Source: a virus (Duplodnaviria > Caudoviricetes). Taken from it: 58,619 nt of DNA. The position numbers and the translations under genes were made by a program. The stretch lies in IMG/VR virus record IMGVR_UViG_3300010370_006650, positions 1-58,619 of that record; one strand, written 5' to 3'. This document shows, piece by piece, positions 46,288 through 54,700 of this stretch (position 1 is the first letter of the stretch; every line of letters starts with the position of its first letter). Below the pieces are notes generated by a model, which saw nothing but the letters and a program-made list of their open reading frames with translations, was not told the origin of the DNA and did no database searches.

Positions 46288-46776
46288 ATGAAAACAGGCG
46301 GTATTATCGTTGAGGGCGCTGAACAGCAAGGTAAGTCTACTTTCTGCGACAAATTGTCAAAACGACTCGGTGTAGAAATCATTCATATGCACAAAGGCTA
46401 TGGTTTCGTCGACGGCAAGTTCGATTACCTGACAGGTTATTTTTACGACATCGATCGCCGACCTGGTCCTTTCATCTACGATCGCTCGTATGTTTCCGAG
46501 CTGGCTTATGGCAAGGTTTTTCAGCGAAACAATATAACACCAGAAATTCTGCAAGGAATTGAATCTCGCTTTCAGGATCTAGGTTATTTTCTTGTCCTAC
46601 TGGAACTAAACTTGCCGTGGATCGATCGAGCAGAGACTGTCACTCAAGAGCAGAACGAAAAAGTCAAAAAGGCTTACCGAGAAGTTTTTCCGCAACTAAA
46701 GATCGACAAATTCCTGATAAATCCATCGGATGACGCCGTAGAATTTATCGCTAAACAATACGAGGCCAGAAGATGA
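46288..46776 (+). CDS. Deoxynucleotide monophosphate kinase (thymidylate kinase-like)
   Basis: IIVEGAEQQGKST P-loop; YDRSYVSELAYG. Confidence 0.85.
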   Translation: MKTGGIIVEGAEQQGKSTFCDKLSKRLGVEIIHMHKGYGFVDGKFDYLTGYFYDIDRRPGPFIYDRSYVSELAYGKVFQRNNITPEILQGIESRFQDLGYFLVLLELNLPWIDRAETVTQEQNEKVKKAYREVFPQLKIDKFLINPSDDAVEFIAKQYEARR

Positions 46777-48032
46777 AAATTTTGCTATTGACCTATGGTA
46801 ACGAGAGTTCTATCGAGATGATTCGCAGCATCGCGGAGCTGAATACTCACGAAGTATACGGTTGCCACTATGATACGATCAACGCAGGCCTCGCATACCT
46901 GAACAAAAATTACATTGTCGAATGCCCTAATCCTTTCAAGACAGCGCCCCAATTCTTGAAGTGGTTGGACAACTTCGTCATCGACGCAGATATCGACAAG
47001 GTTTTTGTTACAAATTGCAAGATGCTTAAATTCTTGTACGACAACTGGAACGATGTTGGTTGTCACGACAAGCTAGCGATCCCTGGCAAGGATAATTTGG
47101 CTCCATGTTTATTCAAAAATAAGTTATACGAACTATTACCGGATATTTCTCCGAGAGTTTTTAAGAGTCATGAAGAAGCACCAACCGACGTCGATCTCTT
47201 CGCCAAGCCTTGTTATAGTTCCTCTGCCGAAGGCGCTCGAAAACTAAAGAACAATGTTGCTTCTTGGCAAAGCGTTACGACGGAAGATGTCGTGACCGAA
47301 TACCTACCAGGAGAAGAGTTCACGGTAGATTGTGTCTCTACTCCAGACGGCGACGTAGTAGACTGGAATGTGAGGCTTCGAGCTAGAATTAGGGATGGCA
47401 TTACTTCGTACGGTCGCTCGGCTCCCGAATATTGGGAGTTGATCGGTGAGCACGTTAAGACGATCGCTAAGAAGTTGAAACTACCCTACTTTTGGTTCGC
47501 TCAATTTAAGTTTGATTCTAATGGCGTTCCTAGGTTGCTCGAGGTTAACTGTCGAATTAGCGGTAGTTTTTGCATTACAAAGGCCTCGCGAAAGGATTAC
47601 GTCAAATTCGCAATGGCGGATTTCGCAGATGGAATTATCGTGAAGGGTCCTGCAGGTGGCCGTCATGCGATCGCTCGCCACATGAATGTCTTGCCAGTCG
47701 CAAAGAAAACTTGGGTGTGGGACATCGACGGCACAATCTGCACAGAAACTGGTGGTAACTATCACTTGTGCGAACCATTTACGGATGCTATTAAGAAGCT
47801 AAACATGTTGCACGATAGAGGCGACGAGATCGTTTTACATACCGCCCGTGGTATGAAGAGGTTCAACAACGATGTTTCGGCAGTTTACCAAAATCTTTAT
47901 GAACTAACCAAAAAACAATTAGAGGCGTGGGGTGTAAGATACGATAAGCTCATTATGGGCAAACCTTATGGTACGTTAGTCGACGCTGACGCTATTACAG
48001 TTGACGATCTACAATTAGAGGAGACAAAATGA
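46773..48032 (+). CDS. ATP-grasp protein (carbamoyl-phosphate synthase-like) fused to HAD phosphatase
   Basis: FAKP..SSA, EYLPGEEFTVD, QFK..LLEVNCRISGS; C-terminal WDIDGTIC..HTARGM..YDKLIMGKP. Confidence 0.8.
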   Translation: MKILLLTYGNESSIEMIRSIAELNTHEVYGCHYDTINAGLAYLNKNYIVECPNPFKTAPQFLKWLDNFVIDADIDKVFVTNCKMLKFLYDNWNDVGCHDKLAIPGKDNLAPCLFKNKLYELLPDISPRVFKSHEEAPTDVDLFAKPCYSSSAEGARKLKNNVASWQSVTTEDVVTEYLPGEEFTVDCVSTPDGDVVDWNVRLRARIRDGITSYGRSAPEYWELIGEHVKTIAKKLKLPYFWFAQFKFDSNGVPRLLEVNCRISGSFCITKASRKDYVKFAMADFADGIIVKGPAGGRHAIARHMNVLPVAKKTWVWDIDGTICTETGGNYHLCEPFTDAIKKLNMLHDRGDEIVLHTARGMKRFNNDVSAVYQNLYELTKKQLEAWGVRYDKLIMGKPYGTLVDADAITVDDLQLEETK

Positions 48033-49798
48033 AAACCACAACGGCATTGATGCTTACGCTTGGACACAATTCTTCTGCAGTTTATTTCGATGGAGAAAAA
48101 GCCGTCGGGTACGAAGAAGAGAGACTAAACAGAGTTAAGTCTTCAAGCGCTTATCCGCGTTTGTCTCTTGAGGAGATCGAAAAGAACGTAAAGATTCAAC
48201 CCGGAAGTTACGTTTTTGTATCACACTGGTTTGATCGTTTAAACTTCGACGAAACCTCTAGCAAGTATTTTGATAAAGAGCACTTCGATTCTTTCGTCGC
48301 TAAGTACTCTTTGCGTAAAGTCATTTTGAGCGAAGGATTCACTCATCACGATGCCCACGCATGGTCAGTCGTTTCGTTCCTGAGAAATAAGCGGCAACCA
48401 CGCCACGATGCGCTACTTTCGCCGGGTGATAAGTTCCACGTGATTGCTGCAGATGGTTATGGAACCTTCCAGGAAGTCTTTAGCGTTTATGAATTCGACG
48501 CTAACGATAATTCTTCTAGACTGAAGTTAGTCGATAGGTTCCATGGCTACAACTATTCTTTGGGACTTATGTATCAATATGCTACTTCGTATTGCGGCAT
48601 GAAGGAGAACCAGGACGAGTATAAGTTCTTGGGATACGAAACGCATGTTACGAATCTTTTATCTCCAAGCTCGATTGATCTTTTGAGAGATATCGCTCGC
48701 CAAAAATCAACGAACATGTTCAATTCGATGATCTCTACGAAGGATTGTAGATCATCTACCTGGCAAGACCCAAACAACCTCGTCAACTTGAAGTCGCTGT
48801 CGGAAACAAAAGAATACTGGACAAAACACTTCGACGAAGTATTGTCCGCCGTATCACCAGGAATTTCAGGTCGCAACCTGAGAATCGTCATCGGTCACTA
48901 TATTCAAGAATTGATCGAGGGCGTTGTCACAAAGATGATCGACCATTATTCTATTAAACACTTAGCTTTGGCAGGTGGAATTTTTTATAACGTTAAGTTA
49001 AACAACAAGGCTTTACATAAAGTGCCTGGATTGTTCTCGGTCGTGCCACTGGCTGGCGATCAAGGTTGCGGCGTCGGTATGTACGAAGCTCATGTTGGTG
49101 GATTCGAATGGGGCGATTTAAAATGGGGGCCGCGACCACAGTTCGCTACGTGGCAATCGAAGGTCTCGACTGAAGACTTATCAAGGTATGGTAATCATAT
49201 TCAATATTACTCGGCAGCAGACAGAGAGCGCGCCGTCGAAGATACGGTCAGCTCGCTCGAAGCCAACGAATTAGTCAACGTAGTAAAGTGCAAAATGGAG
49301 TTTGGTCCAAGAGCGTTGTGCAGCACGACCACGCTGGCTATTCCAACTACATCCAATGTCGAGATTATTAACGACATTAACGAACGCGATACCGTTATGC
49401 CGATGGCGCCAGTTATGTTGAGTTCCGCCGTCGATAACTTCTTCGATACCAGCTATAGCAATCGTGTAATTGGTTCGGATAGATTCATGATCTTAACGTA
49501 CGACTATGTGTCTCCAGATCTTGAAAACTACGGAGGTATCGCTCACAAGTATCCTGACTACGACGTGTGGTCTGGTCGCCCACAGCTAATCGATTCAGAC
49601 GATGCCTTTATGACATCCGTACTTTCTAAGCTAAGCCATAAGTCTAAGGCGCTGATCAATACTAGTTTCAACGCACACGGTCGACCAATCGTTTACGCGT
49701 TAGATAGCGTATTGGATAGTTTTAAGTTTGAATTCGATAAGGCTATGGAGCTTGGTCATAAGCTTCCCCTTCTCTATCTTTGCGACTTTGATGGTTGA
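48029..49798 (+). CDS. Carbamoyltransferase (CmcH/NodU family)
   Basis: EEERLNRVK, HHDAHA, DGYG, SLGLMY, LAGGIFYNVKLN, GDQG, EFGPRAL, INTSFN..GRPIV. Confidence 0.92.
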   Translation: MKTTTALMLTLGHNSSAVYFDGEKAVGYEEERLNRVKSSSAYPRLSLEEIEKNVKIQPGSYVFVSHWFDRLNFDETSSKYFDKEHFDSFVAKYSLRKVILSEGFTHHDAHAWSVVSFLRNKRQPRHDALLSPGDKFHVIAADGYGTFQEVFSVYEFDANDNSSRLKLVDRFHGYNYSLGLMYQYATSYCGMKENQDEYKFLGYETHVTNLLSPSSIDLLRDIARQKSTNMFNSMISTKDCRSSTWQDPNNLVNLKSLSETKEYWTKHFDEVLSAVSPGISGRNLRIVIGHYIQELIEGVVTKMIDHYSIKHLALAGGIFYNVKLNNKALHKVPGLFSVVPLAGDQGCGVGMYEAHVGGFEWGDLKWGPRPQFATWQSKVSTEDLSRYGNHIQYYSAADRERAVEDTVSSLEANELVNVVKCKMEFGPRALCSTTTLAIPTTSNVEIINDINERDTVMPMAPVMLSSAVDNFFDTSYSNRVIGSDRFMILTYDYVSPDLENYGGIAHKYPDYDVWSGRPQLIDSDDAFMTSVLSKLSHKSKALINTSFNAHGRPIVYALDSVLDSFKFEFDKAMELGHKLPLLYLCDFDG

Positions 49799-49800
49799 AC

Positions 49801-50466
49801 ATGATTATCGTAAAACAGCCTGAATTTGAGAACGACGACTATCTGTTTAGGATTGAAGCGCATAAATTACCAAAAGCCGGAGAAGCTCTGTCTTTTCTTA
49901 AGAAGATCGATCCGTTTGCAGCGGATTACTATTGGTCGAAGAGACAGGCCTTTCTGACGCAAGATACCAATCCAAGCGTTTTTTCTAAATTTGTCCAGGA
50001 TAAACCTAGCTTGAGGAGCTTGTCCGACTTAGACGCGTTGGACTCTACGATCTATACTGTCGCTTGTGAAAGAGAGAATAATCTTGGTTATCGAGATATT
50101 CTTATGAATTTAAAGCGACACCTGTTGCAAAAACCTGAGACTCGTCGTTGCATGTTAAGATTCGCCAATAGCTATGAAAGATACCATATCAGCGAGTCTG
50201 CAAGACCCCTAGATGTGACTTGTCTAAGTTTAATTCATTATCTAAAGCAAGGACCTAAACTAGTTTTTAGGGCGTCAGATGTAAGAAACGAATTGTTGGT
50301 CGATATCTTGACTATCAACGAATTTTTTATCGATCCTGTTTATAATTCTAATTTCAAAAATTACCAGATGTCAGTATATTCTTCTACCGCACAGTGTGTT
50401 TCAAGCTGGAATAACTTTGTAAATTTATTGCAGCGTTCGTATAGCGTCGGAGGAGAAAATAGATGA
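49801..50466 (+). CDS. Divergent thymidylate-synthase-fold protein
   Basis: KPETRR, DVTCLSLIHY, VFRASD..LLVD align with TS PDSRR, PC, RSxD..N/D motifs. Confidence 0.55.
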   Translation: MIIVKQPEFENDDYLFRIEAHKLPKAGEALSFLKKIDPFAADYYWSKRQAFLTQDTNPSVFSKFVQDKPSLRSLSDLDALDSTIYTVACERENNLGYRDILMNLKRHLLQKPETRRCMLRFANSYERYHISESARPLDVTCLSLIHYLKQGPKLVFRASDVRNELLVDILTINEFFIDPVYNSNFKNYQMSVYSSTAQCVSSWNNFVNLLQRSYSVGGENR

Positions 50467-51452
50467 AATGTTTGATAACGGGCATCGCAGGATTATTGGG
50501 CGCAAACTTTTCGAGACATCTACTAGAAAAAAATTACAAAGTAGTCGGAATTGACGATTTAAGTGGAGGATACGAAGAGTTTGTTCCACCCTCGGCAATT
50601 TTTTATAAAGTCGATTTAACTCGCGCAGATGCAGTCAATCAAATCTTCGAAAGAGAAAGCCCAGATTGCGTTTTCCATTTCGCTGCTTACGCCGCAGAAG
50701 GATTGAGTCCTTTCGTCAGAAATTACAACTACACCAATAACGTTATCGCTTCTGCGAATGTAATCAATGCTGCTATTAACAACAACATCAAGAAAGTCGT
50801 CTATACTTCTTCGATGGCGGTTTATGGTACAGGTAATCCACCATTCGTAGAAGAACAATTGCCGATTCCAGAAGATCCCTATGGCATCGCGAAGTATGCT
50901 GTAGAAATGGACTTTAAGTTGGCGCGCGAAATGTTCGGCCTGCGATACAGTATTGTTCGACCACATAACGTTGTTGGTGTTTACCAAAACATATGGGATC
51001 GCTATCGTAACGTAATCGGGATATGGATTAGACAGGCTATTGCAGGCGAACCACTTACGATATATGGAGACGGCACACAAGTCCGCGCCTTTTCCGACAT
51101 CAAATTCTACATGGAACCATTTGAGAAATTGATGACCGATCACGATGGTGAAATCTTTAACATTGGCGCCGACAAGTATGTTACGATAAACGAGGCCGCC
51201 GACGTGGTCCTAGACGTTGCTAAAGAATTTGGTATTAACGCGACTAAGGTTCATTTAGAAAAGAGAAATGAGGTTCATGCTGCTTATTGCGACCATGCGA
51301 AGGCTCGTAATCTTTTGAACTTTAACGACGATACTAACCTAAGAGAAACAGTAAACACGATGTTCGGTTGGGCGCTAACTCAACCTGTTCGCGACACGAA
51401 GCGTATGAAGTACGAGATAGAAAAAAACATTTATTCTTTTTGGAAAAAATGA
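50463..51452 (+). CDS. NAD-dependent NDP-sugar epimerase/dehydratase
   Basis: ITGIAGLLG, TSSMAVYG, PYGIAK, RPHNVVG, IYGDGTQVRAF. Confidence 0.92.
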   Translation: MKCLITGIAGLLGANFSRHLLEKNYKVVGIDDLSGGYEEFVPPSAIFYKVDLTRADAVNQIFERESPDCVFHFAAYAAEGLSPFVRNYNYTNNVIASANVINAAINNNIKKVVYTSSMAVYGTGNPPFVEEQLPIPEDPYGIAKYAVEMDFKLAREMFGLRYSIVRPHNVVGVYQNIWDRYRNVIGIWIRQAIAGEPLTIYGDGTQVRAFSDIKFYMEPFEKLMTDHDGEIFNIGADKYVTINEAADVVLDVAKEFGINATKVHLEKRNEVHAAYCDHAKARNLLNFNDDTNLRETVNTMFGWALTQPVRDTKRMKYEIEKNIYSFWKK

Positions 51453-51465
51453 GGTATAAGTTAAC

Positions 51466-52428
51466 ATGAAAATGAAACGCGTATTAGTTACGGGTGGCGC
51501 TGGATTTATTGGTAGCAATTTAGTAAAAGCTCTCGTCGATAGGGGCGCAGAAGTCGACGTCGTCGACAATATGTCGAATGGACATAAAGAGTTTGTGCCA
51601 GCTGGTTGTAACTTGTTCGTTGCTGATTTTGCGTCGGAAGATATTCTGTCGAAGATCAAGGCAAAAACATACGATGTAGTTTTTCATTTGGCTGCAATTC
51701 CTCGTGTTAGTTACTCGGTTGAACATCCTGTTGAAACGCACGAGACGAATGTGAATGCTACATTGAAGTTGATCGATACATGTAGAAACAACATTAGACG
51801 ATTTGTCTTCGCTTCATCATCGTCAGTATACGGTGGCGCCGATGCTTTGCCAACGCCAGTTTCTTCTCCTAAAAACCCAAAGTCGCCATACGCTTTGCAG
51901 AAATCTATCATAGAAGACTATTTGTCTCTATATCACCTGCTGTACGGTCTCGACTCAGTAAGCCTTAGATTTTTTAACGTTTTTGGACCTAATCAGTTAG
52001 GTGATTCTCCGTACGCTACTGCAGTGTCAGCCTGGTTGACTGCTATTCACCATGGAAGATCGATGCGATCTGATGGAGATGGTTCACAATCGCGCGATAT
52101 GTGTTATGTCGATAACGTCGTAGACGCTTGCATAAGAAGCGCTGAGGCTGATGCTGAGCTAAGAGGAGTTGCGTTGAATGTTGCTTGCGGCGATCGTAAC
52201 ACGAACAAATCAATACTAGAATTTCTTTTGTCTAAGTATCCAAACGCCAAGTACCATGATGCTCCATGGAGACCAGGCGACGTGATGCACACGCAGGCAG
52301 ACATTAGCAAAACTCATGAACTTCTTGGATACGTTCCTTTGGTTCGTTTCTGGGAAGGATTAGAACGAACGATGAAATGGTACGAGGAAAACTGGTCTTT
52401 AATCAGCTCATTGAGTCTATCTAAATGA
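51466..52428 (+). CDS. NAD-dependent NDP-sugar epimerase (UDP-Glc/GlcNAc 4-epimerase-like)
   Basis: VTGGAGFIGS, ASSSSVYG, SPYALQK, RFFNVFGP, GDGSQSRD, RPGDV. Confidence 0.92.
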   Translation: MKMKRVLVTGGAGFIGSNLVKALVDRGAEVDVVDNMSNGHKEFVPAGCNLFVADFASEDILSKIKAKTYDVVFHLAAIPRVSYSVEHPVETHETNVNATLKLIDTCRNNIRRFVFASSSSVYGGADALPTPVSSPKNPKSPYALQKSIIEDYLSLYHLLYGLDSVSLRFFNVFGPNQLGDSPYATAVSAWLTAIHHGRSMRSDGDGSQSRDMCYVDNVVDACIRSAEADAELRGVALNVACGDRNTNKSILEFLLSKYPNAKYHDAPWRPGDVMHTQADISKTHELLGYVPLVRFWEGLERTMKWYEENWSLISSLSLSK

Positions 52429-53417
52429 AAGCATATCATAATTTTACCGAAGCGTACGTCGATATCATTCGTGATGTCTATACGTCGCCAGAGTTTACTT
52501 CATCGCCCCGCGGCATGAAAGTAAAAGAAATTTTAGGTTATCAATTTAAGATTCTAAATCCAAGAAATCGAATCCCTTATGTTAAGGGAAGAGACTTTTC
52601 AATTCACTATATGGTTGCTGAATTACTTTGGTATTTAAGTGGCAACGATTCGACTAATTGGATTTCGAATTATTCGACATTCTGGTCTAAGATTTCAGAC
52701 GACGGCGAAACAGCAAATAGCGCTTATGGTGCTAGAATTTTTAAGTCACACGATCGTATCGCAAAAACTGTCGACGAAAATTGGACGCAATGGAATTACG
52801 TGGTCGAAGAACTAAAGAAAGACCCAGACTCTCGTCGCGCCGTAATTCACATACGTTCTCCCCAAGATTCGATATTGGCGCAACTCGATGTTCCTTGCAC
52901 TTTGTCTCTTCAATTCTTTTTGCGTGGAGATAAGGTTTACATGGTTACCTCGATGCGATCGTCAGATGTTATTCTTGGATTGGCGTACGACGTACCTGCT
53001 TTTACGCTCTTTCAAGAACTTCTCGCTTTACAGCTAACTAAGGAACTAGGTCGACCCATTGGCTTAGGCGACTATACTCATCTCAGCGCTTCTCTACACG
53101 TTTATGAGAGGCACTTTAAAATGGTCGAAAAAATATTGGATGAAGATACTCGGCGAGATTATCGAGACGTTTTAGAGATGCCGCAGATGCCCGACAATCC
53201 ACCCCTTGGGAGGCTAATGTCGCTCGAAAACGATATTAGGAATCTCAATGACGAACAAAAACTAGTAGATTTCGAAATTGGGTTTGAAGATTACTGGAAG
53301 GATTGGGCAAAAGTGCTGGTTTCTCATCGCTTACAAAAGCTAGGTAATGTTGGGCTTGCCAATCAGTCGCTTCTTTCCACGAACTTTGAAGGTTATAAAT
53401 ATTTTGTAAAAGAGTGA
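52425..53417 (+). CDS. Thymidylate synthase-family enzyme, probable dCMP hydroxymethylase
   Basis: AELLWYLSG, SAYGAR, DPDSRRA, DVPCT, MRSSDVILGLAYD, SLHVYERH; Asp at the ThyA Asn position. Confidence 0.88.
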   Translation: MKAYHNFTEAYVDIIRDVYTSPEFTSSPRGMKVKEILGYQFKILNPRNRIPYVKGRDFSIHYMVAELLWYLSGNDSTNWISNYSTFWSKISDDGETANSAYGARIFKSHDRIAKTVDENWTQWNYVVEELKKDPDSRRAVIHIRSPQDSILAQLDVPCTLSLQFFLRGDKVYMVTSMRSSDVILGLAYDVPAFTLFQELLALQLTKELGRPIGLGDYTHLSASLHVYERHFKMVEKILDEDTRRDYRDVLEMPQMPDNPPLGRLMSLENDIRNLNDEQKLVDFEIGFEDYWKDWAKVLVSHRLQKLGNVGLANQSLLSTNFEGYKYFVKE

Positions 53418-53420
53418 AAC

Positions 53421-53981
53421 ATGAATCCGACTTTTACGATTTATACGGGTCCGATGTTTTCTGCCAAGACGACATCGCTTCTTTCGGTCTTGGATCGATA
53501 CAAATACCAAGGGAAAAAGATCGTTGCATTTAAACCGCAACTTGACGATCGATATAGCGTAGACAATATATCAACGCACGGTGGCTGGAAAGTTCCAGCA
53601 ATTTGTGTTAAAGCAGGTAGCGATATTTTAGAAAAATTAGCAGAGCTGGACTTTAACCCACACGTCATCGCCGTAGATGAAGCTTTCATGATTCCTGGCG
53701 TAGCTGAGGTTCTTATTTGGCTGTATAGAAGTGGTTATACGATAGTCGCGTCTAGCTTAGATTTGTCTGCCACGGGCAAGCCCTTCGAGGAAATTGAAAA
53801 GATGCTGCCTTGGGCTACGAAGATTGAAAAGTTAAGTGCGGTTTGTGTTGTTTGCAATAAAGATGCTTTTTATACCTACAAAAAACAAACGGGTGGAGAT
53901 GAAATCGAAGTTGGTGGCGTTGAATTATACGAACCGAGATGTTCGCGGTGCCATCCGTTAATTATCAATCCGGAGGCCTGA
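53421..53981 (+). CDS. tdk: Thymidine kinase
   Basis: GPMFSAKTT, FKPQLDDRY, VDEAF, AVCVVC, VGGVELYEPRCSRC. Confidence 0.93.
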   Translation: MNPTFTIYTGPMFSAKTTSLLSVLDRYKYQGKKIVAFKPQLDDRYSVDNISTHGGWKVPAICVKAGSDILEKLAELDFNPHVIAVDEAFMIPGVAEVLIWLYRSGYTIVASSLDLSATGKPFEEIEKMLPWATKIEKLSAVCVVCNKDAFYTYKKQTGGDEIEVGGVELYEPRCSRCHPLIINPEA

Positions 53982-54422
53982 ATGGAATTGATACGTCCTT
54001 CTTGGCCAGAAACATGGATGGCCATTGCTCATCTTGTTGCGCAAAGATCTTATGATCCAACTTTAAAAGTAGGCGCGATCATTGTGTCAGAAGACAATTC
54101 TCAAATGTTGTCTATTGGTTATAATGGTAATTATCGCGGGGGGCCCCACGAAAGAGAATCACAAACGCCTGGACAAAGTGGTTTTATACACGCTGAAGTA
54201 AATGCTTTGGTTAAGTGCGATTTTAATTTTCACAAAAAGAAGCACATGTATTTAACACATTCACCATGTCGTCATTGTGCAAAATTAATTGTGAATGCAG
54301 AGATATCTACAGTTATATATGATATTCCCTATCGGGATGTTTCGGGACTGGAAATTTTAACTTCTGTTGGAATTAAGGTTTTTAATCTTAGTGATGCTAT
54401 AATTAACAATAAGACTTTATGA
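53982..54422 (+). CDS. dCMP deaminase
   Basis: QRS..KVGAII..SIGYNG..HAEVNAL..HSPCRHC. Confidence 0.92.
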   Translation: MELIRPSWPETWMAIAHLVAQRSYDPTLKVGAIIVSEDNSQMLSIGYNGNYRGGPHERESQTPGQSGFIHAEVNALVKCDFNFHKKKHMYLTHSPCRHCAKLIVNAEISTVIYDIPYRDVSGLEILTSVGIKVFNLSDAIINNKTL

Positions 54423-54700
54423 AAAATTTAACTGAAGAAGACATTATACGGGTCATGCGTGAGGAGTGGCAAGCAAAAGTTGCCGCCCTAACAGAAGAAG
54501 TCGATTTGACCTTTAAGGCTAAGGTAGATGGCGAAGACAAAGAAGTCATTTCTCAAGATCTAAAGGTTCGACACAAAAAGAGCCAGTTGTTGTATACTGT
54601 CGTTTCAGTTGGCCCTCGTGATATCGTACTTAAGACTCCTGAGGGCGAAGAATTTTTACTAGATAAGGACCAGTTGGAGGACGAATATGAGCTTGATTGA
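54419..54700 (+). CDS. Hypothetical late protein (IIRVMREE leader)
   Basis: ATGA overlap; ATAATTA at 54399. Confidence 0.7.
   Translation: MKNLTEEDIIRVMREEWQAKVAALTEEVDLTFKAKVDGEDKEVISQDLKVRHKKSQLLYTVVSVGPRDIVLKTPEGEEFLLDKDQLEDEYELD

Noticed and set aside
46773-52428. Capsule/LPS biosynthesis island as the explanation for ATP-grasp, HAD, carbamoyltransferase and epimerases
   Set aside because: No glycosyltransferase, flippase or polymerase, and the genes are interleaved with dNMP kinase and TS-fold genes; disfavoured though not excluded
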